From a virus (Duplodnaviria > Heunggongvirae > Uroviricota > Caudoviricetes), in IMG/VR virus record IMGVR_UViG_2541047679_000008: a DNA stretch of 8,600 nt. One strand, written 5' to 3'. Each line of letters starts with the position of its first letter. The first letter of the stretch is position 1. Of the stretch, positions 7,929 to 8,600 are shown piece after piece. The notes under the pieces are model-generated. The model was not told where the DNA came from. It saw only the letters and a list, made by a program, of their open reading frames with translations, and searched no databases. The position numbers were made by a program, and so were the translations under genes.

Positions 7929-8600
7929 TCAGCGACCAATCACCACAACCTGACCACCATCCCCTTCGTCTGCCGTGCTGATCTCCTGAGAAACCACCCG
8001 CGACCCCACACGCATTTCACCGTACAGAACAGGCAAAACATTGCCCTGGGCAACCATGTTATCCAGTGAGGAGAAATAGGTGTTCTGCTTACCGTTATCC
8101 GTTGTCTGTGTGCGGGGAGTTCTGGCTTTCGGTGCCAGCATCTGCGCCACACCACCGAGCACCATACTGGCACCGAGAGAAAACAGGATGCCGGTCATAC
8201 CACCGGCCCCAATGGCTGCCCCCCATGCTGCAAGGGTGGCTCCGGCGGTAAAGAATGATCCGGCAATGGCGGCAGCCCCCAGGACAATCTGGAATACGCC
8301 ACCTGACTTGGCCCCGGCGACTCTGGGAACGATATGAATCACAGCGCCGTCAGGCAGAGCCTCATGTAACTGCGCCGTTAACCCGGACGTGCTGACGTCC
8401 CGCCCGGCAATCCGTACCTGATACCAGCCGTCGCTCAGTTTCTGACGAAACGAAGGGAGCTGTGTGGCCAGCGCCCGGATGGCTTCAGCCCCCGTTTTCA
8501 CACGAAGGTCGATGCGGCGGCCAAATCGTTGTAAATCCCCGTAAAGGCAGATGCGCGCCATGCCCGGTGACGCCAGAGGGAGTGTGTGCGTCGCTGCCAT
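7929..8600 (-). CDS. I: Tail tip assembly protein I, 223 aa; apparently complete, with its ATG on the final bases of the window
   Basis: The translation MAATHTLPLASPGMARICLYGDLQRFGRRIDLRVKTGAEAIRALATQLP...VSQEISTADEGDGGQVVVIGR matches lambda gpI in sequence and length as I recall it. It has the ubiquitin-like N-terminal region and hydrophobic Gly/Ala-rich centre typical of gpI. The ribosome-binding site lies outside the window. Confidence 0.92.
   Translation of the reverse strand: MAATHTLPLASPGMARICLYGDLQRFGRRIDLRVKTGAEAIRALATQLPSFRQKLSDGWYQVRIAGRDVSTSGLTAQLHEALPDGAVIHIVPRVAGAKSGGVFQIVLGAAAIAGSFFTAGATLAAWGAAIGAGGMTGILFSLGASMVLGGVAQMLAPKARTPRTQTTDNGKQNTYFSSLDNMVAQGNVLPVLYGEMRVGSRVVSQEISTADEGDGGQVVVIGR

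Noticed and set aside
7940-8337. Minus-strand ORF 7940-8173 and plus-strand ORFs 8066-8251 and 8080-8337 within gene I
   Set aside because: They are alternative-frame or antisense ORFs nested in a gene whose product matches lambda gpI in sequence and length.

Overview
This window is a contiguous lambdoid-phage tail tip and tail fibre module, almost certainly part of an enterobacterial prophage, with every gene on the minus strand in the same order as phage lambda: I (tail tip assembly, start codon on the last base of the window), J (central tail fibre / host specificity), lom (outer-membrane beta-barrel moron), stf (side tail fibre) and tfa (tail fibre assembly chaperone). Calls rest on recalled, near-identical similarity of the translated ORFs to lambda I, J N-terminus, Lom C-terminus, Stf both ends and Tfa; no search could be run. 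Three hairpin-plus-U-tract structures sit between I/J, J/lom and lom/stf. I see no sign of a new defence or other system, and nothing here is unprecedented. The points most worth a second look are: (1) stf is an intact, expanded ORF (about 987 aa) with a mosaic architecture, a triplicated 44-aa motif encoded by a 132-bp tandem repeat, and a central block of lower GC that I do not recall from lambda Stf; (2) lom is bracketed by terminators like an independently expressed moron; (3) the C-terminal region of J, where lambda J carries its receptor specificity, should be compared with lambda, which I could not do from memory. The many plus-strand and alternative-frame ORFs in the track are antisense or frame artefacts of GC-rich, Ala/Ser-rich coding sequence.
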